Shown: in pieces, positions 29,101-41,399 of the stretch
Layout: every line of letters begins with the position of its first letter
How positions within the stretch are numbered: the first letter of the stretch is position 1
Origin: Kudoa neothunni
Lineage: Eukaryota; Animalia; Cnidaria
Direction: 5' to 3'
NCBI GenBank assembly: GCA_964304625.1
Contig: OZ199838.1
Span: forward strand, 10,423,817 to 10,487,816
DNA: 64,000 nucleotides
Position numbers and translations under genes: made by a program
Notes under the pieces: generated by a model
What the model was told of the DNA's origin: nothing
Databases searched by the model: none
The model's input: only the letters and a program-made list of their open reading frames with translations

Positions 29101-32100
29101 AACTAATATTTTTTACCAGTCTTTTGGCTTGAAACAAGTTTAGTATTATAGGCTCCAATAGGAACAATTTTGAGGTCATAGGGGGTATTTGAGTAAAGCC
29201 CGATGATATTAAACTGTGCGTTGCACTGTTTTACACTTAACTCACCGTCTGAACAAATAGCAGGGTAATACAATTTATTGGGTTCCCCAAAGTAGATAAT
29301 ACAGGTAATTGATGTGACCGATGTGATTTGATTGACCGAGAACCCACCATTAGTAGGAGTAACTGAAATATCATTTGAGGAAAGTTCATTAGTTTGGCCT
29401 AAATATATTCACAAAAAAATATCAATATAAAAAATACTCGCTTTATGATAAAAATATTTCCTAGGAGAATAATCTGGTATATTTGTTATAGATACCATGA
29501 TATCATTGGGTGAATAATTTGGATCGGGCGTTATTTTATTGTCTCCAAATATACAAGGTGATGTCTTACTCACAGATTTCCTCCCATTTTCACTAACCGG
29601 CGGAGCGTATGTGTTCCAAAATGAAACGGTGCATTGTACATTAGCTTTGTCAGCGACAGTATTACCCTCTTCATTTTTATTACTCTCACTAATGTTGATC
29701 TTAATTTTGTTTTCTGATATACTTCCGAATTTATAATTACTGCAAGTACTATAAAAACAGTTGTTCTTATTCTTGCACACGTTTGAAAAAAAATTATTCG
29801 AAGATGATGCTGTGGCATCAACCCATTCAAATGTGCACATTTCAGACGGCTCTTGATTAACCAATTTAACTGTAAATGCGTTATTATCACCACTGCTTAA
29901 TTCGTAGTAAAATCTACTGAAAACCGGCGCGTGGGTTTTAACAAATGTATTGTCGTAAAAATAATGAAAGTCAAAATATTTGGGGCAACTTATATAATAA
30001 TCTTTAACTAGTTCATCGAACGGAATAGAGTAACTTCCAAGCATGTTTGGCTTATTAGCACGTGTTTCTGTTTCAGGATTTACTATAGTTCCATCCTTGT
30101 ACGCTTTACAGGTTGATGGACATTTATCTAAAGATCATTTAATCTTATCTTCATCCAATTTAGCTGTGTGCGTTATTTCTTCGTATGAATCTAAAAAACG
30201 TCAAACTTATCGTTAATTTATTTAATACCCATATAGTAGGAATAAACTTTTCCAGAAGGAAAATTTTTCGTTATTGGCCTTGAATCTTTCATATTTGGAT
30301 CATTCGGCTGTGGATTTTCCGCGGCTTTTGTCACTTTTGCACCCAAACTAGTTAGAGTTAGGCTCAACAATGAAAAAATTATTTCAATAGTGCGGGATGT
30401 TGCTGAATGCGGTACGTACACAATTTTGGTTTCTGGATAAGTGACGGAAATATATTTAAATTTCTTTTGAATATTAATATCAATATCAAATTCCGTTGAA
30501 AGTTCTTTGCATTGTTTAATATTTCCTCCAGAAATTTCATAATCAGTTAAGTCATTTTTAGATTTTTTGATTGTGCATCGTAATTCATCTTTTGATGAAA
30601 ATTCTTCGTCGAATTTAACCTTATACTTTTGTTTGATTTATCGAAGTATAAAATCATACCCTGAGCATTTTTTTCGATATCAACTATAAAAATAAAGAGA
30701 TTATTCAAAATAAAGATAAATACATTCAAATGTTGTTTCCCTAGGCTTGGTTTTGTCTTTATTTATAACAACAACTTGATATTTGACGTCAACTTTAAGA
30801 TTAGCCCAAGAGAGTTCTAGCTTATCGGTTCCGGAATCCTTATTAATAGTAGGTTTGCAATCGCCGTTCAAACAATCTGTTATTATTCGCTTAGATAGTT
30901 CTTCCAGTAGAATATAACCCCATGATTTTCCAAAAGTTTCACTTCCATTTGATGTTTTTGTCACCGTTATTGTAGTTTTCTTTGTATTTGCATCGTTTGC
31001 AGGATTTAAAGCAAAATCGATGCCACCAGCTATATTAAACGTATTATTATATTATTATTTGGATAAATTACTCTCTTTTGGATTGATTTCAATACATGTA
31101 TAACATTGGAACAAACAGTTATTTGGCAGCTGGTTTTAGGATCAAGGTTAATTATATTGAATTCCCTATTGCAACCACCGGAACAAAATTTTATATCACT
31201 GTTTTCCTCACATGTAGCAGGAAGTTTTGGAGTGTCACTTCCAACAATCGAATAATAGAGATAACATTTCACCGCATATCATCGCCGTTGGAGAATAAAC
31301 CGCTTGGATTCAGAGTTAGTTTAGTATTTTTTTCTGAGCCAAAAGTCGGCGTAAGGCTACTACTACCTGCCCCTGTAAATGCTTCTCCTATTTTAAATTA
31401 TTAAAGTTTTTGCAAATTTCTGATTACCTGTAGTTTTGAAATAAATGTAGCAGTGATAATACTTAACTTCTGGTGAATCTACGGTAGTAAGTCCGGTTAT
31501 TTTAACCTTTAAAATATATTCTGTTAGCGGCTCAAGCGAACTTATAGTTATTGTATCGAATCTTTTACACCCTTGAGTACATGTAGGATCTTTTCCATTG
31601 CTTTCAACGCCATGATATTTTTCAATTAATTTAACTTCAGTTATCGCGATTCCGTTTTCAGCACCATTTCTATTATTATTTAAATTAGATAAATTAACAG
31701 TAGCATCGTTCTTTCCAGTTGAGGTGACAGTTGGTTGATTATCAGCAGTAACTGTGGAATAGATTACAATAAAGTGAATTAGTCACAACTTACACGTTAC
31801 AGTTTGAATGAACTCTTTCGAAATTATCTTCTCATAAGGTGTTACAAGTATTTGAGCATAATCCAAGGCTGAAACGTGAAATAATGTCGCTTTGTAACAA
31901 GGCTGAAGACGTGGTCCAGCTTTATTCGTCTCTGAGCAATTAGACGAAAAATGAACTTCATTAATATTTTTTATTCCAAAGTAACATAACTTAGATGGTT
32001 TGGGATTTTGGAGTGTAATTGTATAATAGTCATTATTTTAGCGCCCGTTGCTATGAACCAATTCACACCAGGTTTTTGTGGTTTTAATAATATTTCTGGT

Positions 32101-32817
32101 GACTGATCTAAGAATTCAACAGCATAATTAGGTTGATGTAATTCGGTATATATTCTAATAAATTTGTTTGTACAAGAGGCACTATTTGACGGCTGTTTAG
32201 ATTCGACGATAGATACCTCCTTAACAGCGAAATCTCCATTGAGTTTAGCTTTAGCTTTAACATTAACAGTAAATGTATTATTTTGCTTTGTGAGCTTAAT
32301 CACACTTTTTAGATAAAGATCTATTACATGCGTATTAAAAAACATAACATTTTAAGTTCATACTTTTTATCGTGAAGATCTTTTTATTAAGCAACTTTGA
32401 CATTAGCAATATCAGTTCCTTGACACCATTTTAAAAATTAACAGCCTTCAGTTCATTGCCGCTGGGCTTTAATTCTACTTTTTTGCAGTCAAAAATACAC
32501 GTTTTAGAAGTTGATGCCATGCTCGCATTAGTTATTTCATTGCAAGTGGAGGTAATGCTAGAAGGTTCTCCATTATGACTATAATATTGAAGTGCACACT
32601 TCTTGTAACTATTCTCAATATCATATCCTGAAAGGGAGATAATATATTTTTTTTGCTCGTTCTAATATCTCAATTTCATAATATTATTATCGATATTAAT
32701 GGTAAGAACATGCCTTTCACATACTACAAATAATGATTAAAATTTATAATTAAACAAAAAGTTACAAACAAAAAGTAGAAGGAATATTGATGAAACAAAT
32801 CTACGATTTATTTTCAT
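26108..32817 (-). pseudogene. Large type-I membrane protein of tandem Cys-rich FN3-like repeats, disabled
   Basis: Signal peptide MKINRRFVSSIFLLLFV; about 20 exons, mostly with phase-1 introns. Repeats end in FN3-like motifs (ISSLEPLTEYILKV, ITNLDAGTNYIVSV, IIGLYSNTPYDLKI). C-terminal TM LYAMIPVVTSLFVVIGLIV followed by RRR. In-frame stops at 32662, 32431, 30135, 28489 and 28441; frameshifts near 32035, 31277 and 30630. Confidence 0.75.
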
Positions 32818-34316
32818 AACTATCCTTTTCCGTATAGTGAGTTAACGAAGAATATGTGTTAAATATATTACTTTAAATGGATTTACACATTGGATTAGAT
32901 ATTCATTTGTTCCTATTCAATTCTTTAAACTGAGAACTCCGAAGTTTTTTGAAATTAATAACTATTCATAAATTGATTTTTTCTCTCCGTTATTATTTAA
33001 AAATTTACTGTTTCTATTTTATTATTACAACAACAATTCCTAATAACAATTGGGGCTCATTTCTAATAATAGTAAAAGAAATAATTTTTATTTTTATTTA
33101 ATACATCAAAATCATAATATTATTAACAGGCATGTAATGTGACGTCGAATTTTGACAATTGTTCATTCTAGAAATGTGTGTGTATTCAAAATAGAATTTT
33201 CCAATTCAAAAAATTCAAATTGTTTTAATTCGTTACCGCGCATAAAATTAATTACTATTTTTATTCTCATTTATGTGAGCAGAACTTATATTTTTTAATT
33301 ATAAAATAGAATAAAGAAATAATAAATATATATAAATATTTTTCGGCGGTTATATGTTGATTCAAATAAAATAACTTACTGGTTGCTTAATTTTCTTGTA
33401 ATTATACGGTATGGCACATTAAGTTAATATTATCTATGTTTAGAATGAGATCCCATGGGAAATTAATGGAATGTCTCAAATATTTCACACATCGTCTCTA
33501 TGTTTAAATATTATTTCATGACTATACCATTAATATCTAGATTAGGGTAAATAATGTTGTATTTACTCATTATTAGATTGATGTTATACGTCTATGGTTC
33601 TAAAATAATTGTAATTGAAAAATATACTATTTTAAATTGATACCTCGTTAAAGAAATGAATTTAATAAAAAATGAAAGAATCGAACAAGCAAGCTTAAAT
33701 GTCGTCGACGAGTAATTCCTGCTGTGTATATATAAACTTAAGCTTCTTTTGATATATCGCATTGTTGACAATTTAAAACACAGCTCAGAATATAATAGAG
33801 GTCATCAGCTATATCCGATTAACTTCGAATTTTCATGCCAACTTTAATTTTCAATTTTAAATACCCATAGAATAAGGAAATACCACTCAAAAGAGAACAA
33901 TCAATCTATGTGGCATTACCCGCCAAACAATCAACCACACTACATAGCATCAAACGGAAGATCAAGACTGGAATCAAACACATTTCTTAATCCCTTACCT
34001 AGCTTAAATGTGATTGTTAAGCTCTGAGGAACGATTATTAAGTTTAATATAACACGTTACTATTTATCTTGACATACAATCTTGGGATAGTATTTTAAAT
34101 TTAATAGGAATGACATCAACCAACTACAATGTGATATAAGTTTATTTGAAATCAATAGCTTAACGAAAATAAGGGATAATGCGGGCGGACTCACTTTAAA
34201 CACGCGCACGCAGTGTGGAAATTTAAAAGTAAGCATGTCGACCGAGGATTCAAAACCAAGTATTTTTACAATTTCTACTACCAACTTGACATTAGTTTTG
34301 ACTAGAATGTTGCTGT

Positions 34317-35398
34317 ATGAGAATCCCATCTTTTTCGGAACTGGGGAAAAATTGTAACAACCTCATGACAGGAATGTACATGAGTGATCAATTCAAAATA
34401 AAAGTATCTTCGTCAGCCTCAAAAACATTGGTAATAGACATTATTGACTTTGCTGGTATGTGTAAATGTAATACATATGTTTGTGTGTCCAGGGAATAAA
34501 TGCCGAAGTTGTAAACAACACAAAGAATGGGTCGGTATCGTCCTACCTCGAAACTGTGTGCTCCCCGAATGAATCTTTGAAAGTCAACACCCAATGGAAA
34601 GATGATAATGCGATCGACATGAGAGCAACGTTTATTCAGCGAAAACCTATTGGTGTGAGATTGAACCTGCCAAGGTTATTATCAACCTAAAGAACAAACT
34701 GTATGTTGAACAAAATCTTCGTTATATTTTGAGCTAATTTTAAGTGTACCTCTACTGTGAGTGGAGAACTATACCGCAATTTCATAACTGTAACAACCAA
34801 CCTTAATAAACGTTGGGGAATTCATGATGAATCCAAATCAAATGGTTTTTCACTTGATAAAGCGTTTGTGGTTGGTTACAAGAATACTTATATCGGAGCC
34901 AAAGTTAGTGTGCTTCAAGAAAAGGTTTTGTACCCACGGCAACACAGCTCGCTTGTAGCCACAGACAACCAGGATACGAATTGTGCGTATCACTGGAAAA
35001 CTTTAGCAACCTTTCATGGTCTTTGTACACTGATGTAAACAGCATAATTATATTGAATGATATTATAATAGTCGTTTATTTGATTTAGAAAACACCCTCA
35101 GTAAAACTAGGTACCACCTTGAAATATGACACACTAAGTTCAACGTCGGAATTCTGTGTTGGATCTCGAATTCAGATGGATGATAAAACTGCGGTGGCGG
35201 TATTAACTCACTGACTATACAGCTGATACTAGTCAATAATGTTATAGGCAAAATTTAATTCGAATTTCGTTCTTGGACTTGCACTGAGACATAATGTAAC
35301 TGACTTTGCTACTTTTTGTCTTTCTAGTGAGTTAAATTTGAAATCGTTGTAACCAACCGTCACACAGGTTTGGGCTTGGCGTCGAATTTTCCTCCTAA
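34317..35398 (+). pseudogene. VDAC: VDAC mitochondrial porin, frameshifted as assembled (5 exons)
   Basis: N-terminus IPSFSELGKNCNNLM resembles the VDAC helix PPTYADLGKSARDVF. Also AKFNSNFVLGL and the C-terminal beta-signal HRFGLGVEFSS. Four intact GT-AG introns. Frameshifts at about 34665, 34908-34940 and 35350. Confidence 0.85.
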
Positions 35399-35787
35399 TA
35401 TTGATTTTTCGTCAATTTCACATCTATCCTCTTCCTAGTGGTATAATTATATCCGTAGTTACTATCGATTATATTGTATTTTTTCGCGAATATCTTAGAA
35501 ATTGTTGCGTATTGTAAAGTGGTTAATTAATTTTTCGACACTTTAGAATTATTTGTGTAAATATGTTCGAAAGTTTAATTTTATCTAAAACCACTGAAAA
35601 CGTTTACATATAGCTGATATTGTTAGAATTGAATTTTTTTCGAAATAATAATTGATCTTTAGCAGATTTTTTATAATGGCGCTTGTGAAAAAAAGTAAGA
35701 TATTTATCTTAGGTACGTGCCATGAGTATATGCAGGTTTGCATTGCATATTCTGATGGGGTACGAAACGAAAAATTTTTTTCCTTAA

Positions 35788-37875
35788 CCCTCTAAGTCAG
35801 TGTTTCCCACCGGTGGGGCGTGAAAAATGTTTGGCGGGGCATGGAAATCTGAGCATTTAATGAACGGCTCTTGTAGGACGTGGAAAATCCGGGACGTTGC
35901 TGTGACATGGGTAATTGCGAGATAATTGGGTAGTATGGCGCACATTGAAATCAATACTTCGATTTTTGATCTTATTTATTTTTAAGCGAACGTTAATATC
36001 CTAAAAGAATACAAAAGCACTGATCAATTTAAATTAAAAATATAAAAACATTTAACATGGTGATGACTCAATAGATTCGGAATGACTATAATTCAAATGT
36101 TGTCACATTTATAACCGTGATCCCCTCTTTTTTTTGACTCATCCAAAAGAAATTTTGATTAATTTTCAATATTAATTATTAAATATCGGTTTATAAGCCC
36201 CAAATACATACAAGTTTTGCCTCGTGGGGTTGGATTACCACAAGTTTCGCTTAACGCGGTTTCCGACTGAATAGAGAAGTAAAAATGTTACTTTTTAAAG
36301 TCTATCTATAAATTAAATTAGATCTGATCGAATTCATGTTAATTCTAATGAAAAAGAAATATATATTAGTCATTTTCTAATTTCAATGTGGCATGAAGCT
36401 TGATTCAAAATTATTATAAGCAGTTTAAGTTAAAAAATTAATACATCTGAAAATGGCGAGGCGCGGAACTTATTTTAAAGAAAAAGTGGGGAACGATAGA
36501 AAAAAAGTTGGGAAACACTGCTCTAACCTCCAAGTATAATTAGGGTCTTTTGGACCCCAGGTGACATTAGCTTTCAATTTTCTACAACATTAACTTGTGA
36601 GAAATTTTTTGCGGTCAGTGTATTCTTCTAAAATATTCTCCAGTAAAATTTCACTAATTATAAATCTTTTTCTCTACATAGAAAAAAAGTTGATGAAATA
36701 ACCCTCTCTAAGTAAAAAGTACAATTGAGGTCTTTTGGACCTCACGATTTTTTTTTCATCTAATTATCCAAAATATTGATTTAAACGTTTGGGAAAACTT
36801 TTAAAAATTTTATCGAGTAAATATATTTTTATTGCATGAATATCATATCTTAATCTACATTGAGCGTGCATCATAATTAATTTCAATGTGTTCAAGTGAT
36901 CTTAATAGTAATTACTCCGATATCGAGTCTGCAGGTTCATTTTCAGCGTTTCATGATTAGTTATCGTTAGAAAAATTTTATATAGATACGGATATACAAC
37001 TTAACTCATTAATACATAAGAACAGAACGCTATGGTCGATGAACCCGCCGTTGGCATCCAAAACATGTGTTGCAAATATTATGAATAGTCGTATTGGTGT
37101 CTCTCCGCTTTTGTTACAAAATACAATTTATACTTTGAGAATAATATGTAATTCTGTTATGTACGCCATTTTTTTAAAATATACCAGTACATGGGTGGAA
37201 AAATTATTGGTGATAGATCGGATTGGATGGGTTCATTAACTGTTTATTTCTGATGGGATATCACAGGGATGATCGGGAATCGATTAAGGAGATATATGGG
37301 TTAGAAGAAGGTAAGATTTATCGTGGTTTATTCTCATTACATAAATTTCTCCAAATAATGCGAATTTCGCATTTTGATGGTATGGAAAATATTGAGGTAA
37401 CAAAATAATCCGGAATTTTTTCCATGTTGATGAACTACGACATATTTAAGTGGGTTTCTCACGCGTTGTTTTTTGTTCTAACGAACTAATGAACATTTCA
37501 AGCGTATCTATGTTACCTGTTTTATGCAATAGTCATGATAGGATTATGATGTTTTTGATCACTTTAGGCGCAAATTAAATAAAGAGTTAATTTTACTAAA
37601 TGAACTGAATTTTGAGTTATGTTTATAGAAAATATGCGATCTCTAAAGTGATACATACGCTGTGGTTAAAACATTACTTTATCAATTGCACGTGCGCACA
37701 CAATATTAAATGATGTCATTTATTAAATTATTGAATATACAATCGATCAAATATTATAAAAACTTCTTAAAATACATATTAATATTTTTTCAAATATTTT
37801 ATCTAATAAAAATCATGGGGTCTTTTGGACCCCAATTTTACTTGGAGGGTGTAAATTTTCATGACACTTAGAAGG
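35788..37875 (+). mobile_element. Degenerate piggyBac element
   Basis: TTAA at 35784-35787 and 37876-37879; ends CCCTCTAAG / CTTAGAAGG; palindromes at 36542, 36727 and 37817. Transposase remnant FSLHKFLQIMRISHFD in ORF 37223-37408. Confidence 0.82.
35798..36520. mobile_element. Non-autonomous hAT (Buster/Charlie-like) inserted into the piggyBac left end
   Basis: TIR CAGTGTTTCCCA / TGGGAAACACTG; 8-bp TSD CTCTAAGT / CTCTAACC with central TA. Confidence 0.85.
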
Positions 37876-39182
37876 TTAACATAGTTTTATTTTAAATTAA
37901 AATTGTTATATTGATTAATTTGCGTATTTTGCATAAATGGTAAAATTTTGATAATTTTTCGATAGCATGAGCACAAGCTGGCACTGCTTCCAGGGCAGCC
38001 CCTATTGATTCTACTTCTACAGGCGTGCCCGAAACTAGCAGGTAACGTATGCGCCTGTTAACACGTGATGGCTTATTGGCCACTGGAAACAATATCTTTC
38101 CGCTCCTCGCGACCTTTCGATTTGTTATTCAAAAAATCAAAATTTTATACATTCGTTTAAACAATTTTTATGCTGCTTGATCGGTTTATAGTTAGTACAA
38201 AAATTATTTTGTTTGTATAAACACGAAAATTTACAATTTACTGAATAAATCATTGAGCTCCGTTTTGTTTACTGTAACAATGCCGTCTGAATAATGAATA
38301 ATAGCGACTTTTTTAAATCATTGCAGAATTTTCATACGAAGAAAATAATGAAGGTTATTGCTGATAGTAGATCTACCCCAGAGCTACCACAATTACAGAA
38401 AAAGTTTGTATAAAATTACCAGAACATTCAAAACTATCTGACAACAAAAATGAATGGTTGTGTGGCTGGCCGCATTATAATAAAGCGACTTTTGTTACAT
38501 AGAATCCAAGAGGAGAGTCTCATGTAGTTATACTTAATACATTCATTTTAAGATGATTAAATTCGTTAATATAAATTAATCATTTTTTAAAGTTTTGAGC
38601 GATGCATTTTTTTGGGTAACTTCGAAATTCGTGATGACTAAATATTAAAATAAAATCATTGAATGCTTGTCCAAAACAAGTACTCATACGTACCTGATTT
38701 ATCTATTGAGTAATGTGTTTCATCTTGTTGTGAGCGTTAGCTATAAATTCAGTTTTCTTTCCTAGTTAACCTGATGCATTTCTCAGTTAAATATTTTTTC
38801 AAATTTTTGAATGATATAAGCTCTTTTTGGACTTGAGAATATTTTGTTTTATCTTCCACCGCAGACCCATGTGGATATGGCATTAGTGTGATGACCGGTT
38901 CGAAAATAGTTTATATTGGCTAGTTTGAATATTATTATAAAAATAAATTATTATCTAATATGATATTATCATTAATCCCCCATAATGTTTGACCAAGAAT
39001 ACTTTCATTTTTGATTTACTCATTTGAGGATCGCGCGCCATTTTTGTCGTATTCCAAATTTTTTGATATTTATTCAAATGGGATTAATTACTAAAAAAAT
39101 AGTTTTTACACATATAATTTAACGACATTTCTAATTTGAAGATTATACAGTATATGACTGGTTTCACACAATCTCTTTATGG

Positions 39183-39859
39183 CAGTGTTTCACAATCTTT
39201 TTTCTATCGCGCCCCACCTTTTTAAAGAGTATTGATTTCTATCATTTAAACTGTTTGTGATTTTAAATCAAACTCCTTAACACATTAAAATCTGAAAGCA
39301 GTTAATATAATTTCTTTTCTCATTAAAATGTACTCGATTAGATCTAACTTATTTCGTCGATAGACCTTAAAAATTAACATTTTTAGTTCTTCATTCCATC
39401 AAAAACAGCATTAAGTAAAACTTGTGGTAATTCAACCTTCATTAATAAACACTTTTGCGTATACGAGACTAAAGAACCGAAAATAAATTATATAAATACA
39501 ACATTAATCAGTATTATATTAGGTTTAATCAAAAGAAGAGGATATATGATTCTAAATGAGACAAGATTGAGATTCAAACCATTCTGATTCTATTCGGGTG
39601 AAGGACATCTTATATATTATTAATTTGTATATAATTATTCATTGCTTTTTCGTATTTTTTATGATATTAATCATCAGTTATAAACAAGCGATATCGATAA
39701 TCTCGATACTAACTTCAAAGTACGTCACACCGCCCAATTATCTCATCATTATCCGCGTCACATCAATACTCAGGATTTTCCGCATCCCACATGAACGTTT
39801 CAATAAATGTTCAAAAACTCCTATACCACAATAAAATTTCCCCACGTTGAGGAACACTG
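39183..39859. mobile_element. Non-autonomous hAT, same family as 35798-36520, inverted
   Basis: TIR CAGTGTTTCACAA / TTGAGGAACACTG; flanks CTTTATGG / ATTTAGGG. The subterminal sequence matches the reverse complement of 36470-36520. Confidence 0.8.
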
Positions 39860-41399
39860 ATTTAGGGTCAATAAATAAATGTGTCGAGTCAGATGTGACA
39901 AGTGTGTCCAAAGCTTGGGGAAAGTCCCAAGTTGTGGATATTTTCTCTCAATCTTAAGTTGTTGGAGTTTTAATTCGCGTAAAATACAAAGGTTGTATTA
40001 AACAATTAGGTTATTTTATAGCTTAAAAAGAAAATCGAAAAATCACGTAATTTTGAGGTTTTTTACTAATCAGATAAAAAAATTTATAATACTTTGTGTG
40101 CGCCTCATACTTGGTGTATTTATGTTTTATTACATAATCTTACCTCATTATTAAGTTATCACCCATTAGTTATTTTGTCAGTGGATTGTATTCGGTATTT
40201 AGCTTTGCTCTTAAAAAATCTTTGAATTGCAGATTATTTTTGCGATGCTTCGTTATACTTAGAAATAAGAGTGAAAATTCCAACCGGTGTAAGAAATGAT
40301 CATGGTATACTATGTACTTTAATAGGGATGGGTCCATAAAAGATTTTTAAGGTAATCATCAAAATTAAAAATTCGGTATTTTATCTAATTTCATTGCTAA
40401 TTTAGTCATTATGCCCAATCATTCTGCTAACGATAAAAAGAATTCTTTTTCTAATGAATGACATAAAGACAAAGCAAACCAAGTCATCTAAAGCGGAAAC
40501 ATTAAAATTTGAATGGCTGATAAAATAGTCAATTAGGAGGAAATAATAAATAAATAAATAACGGAGTAACCTACCAAAAACTATTAGAATAAGTGATGAT
40601 GGTTTCATGAGTCAAAGAAAAATTTTATGCTTAAAAAAATAGGAGAAAATGATTAAATTAAGAATCAGAATTTCTTCGATGATTGGTCTATGATGCAGAT
40701 TAATACGTGATTAAAATATTATTATGTATTTTTTAATATAATATTTTTTAAGGACTGAGTTTATACAATAATCCCGTTTGAAGCTTTGGGTGTGACCAAT
40801 TTTACACATTTTTTATGGGCCAAATTGAAGAAATTAATCTTTATTCCTATTTAGTTACTTTAAGATTAAAATTTTATTTTGTTGGTAGATAAATTAATTA
40901 ACATTTTGAATAAAATTAACCAGGAATAATATAAATAGTTAATAAAACTGTTCGATATTTATCCACGATGTCTTGGATTAAGACCTGTCTGTATAATGCA
41001 GGGTGGGGAAAACTTTTTATATCCGAGGCCGCAAGAAGATAATATTTTAACACAAAAGGCTAAAACATTAAAAAATAGCCTTTTATACTTATATTGGAAT
41101 GCAAATATAACAATAACTTTTTATTTGAAATTAATTCATTTCAAATCGAATAGGTGACATTATTTGAGAAAAAGTTTTTTACGTAATAAGAATAAAATAC
41201 AAAATGAGTATTGAATAATATAAAATTTTTCTGGGATTCGAAGCGAAATTGTTCGCGAGCCGCAGTTTGCTAAATCCGAGTATAATTGATAATACAGTTT
41301 TTATAGGTATTCTGGTATTTATTCCCAAATGGGAATTACCTGTTTCTCGTCTTATTCGGAATATCATAAATGTCAAAATGTTCTGTACGACTATTATTA

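Noticed and set aside
28441-32664. Stop-codon reassignment suggested by in-frame TAA/TAG/TGA in the FN3-like gene
   Set aside because: All three codons end intact genes in this window (TAG in MSS4, TAA in lipase 1, TGA in lipase 2), and the same gene also has frameshifts.
38039-38051. U1 snRNA 5'-like ATACGTTACCTG on the minus strand
   Set aside because: It has an extra base, and no U1-70K loop, U1A loop or Sm site follows.
40999-41040. hAT-like left end CAGGGTGGGGAAAAC
   Set aside because: No convincing partner end or TSD.
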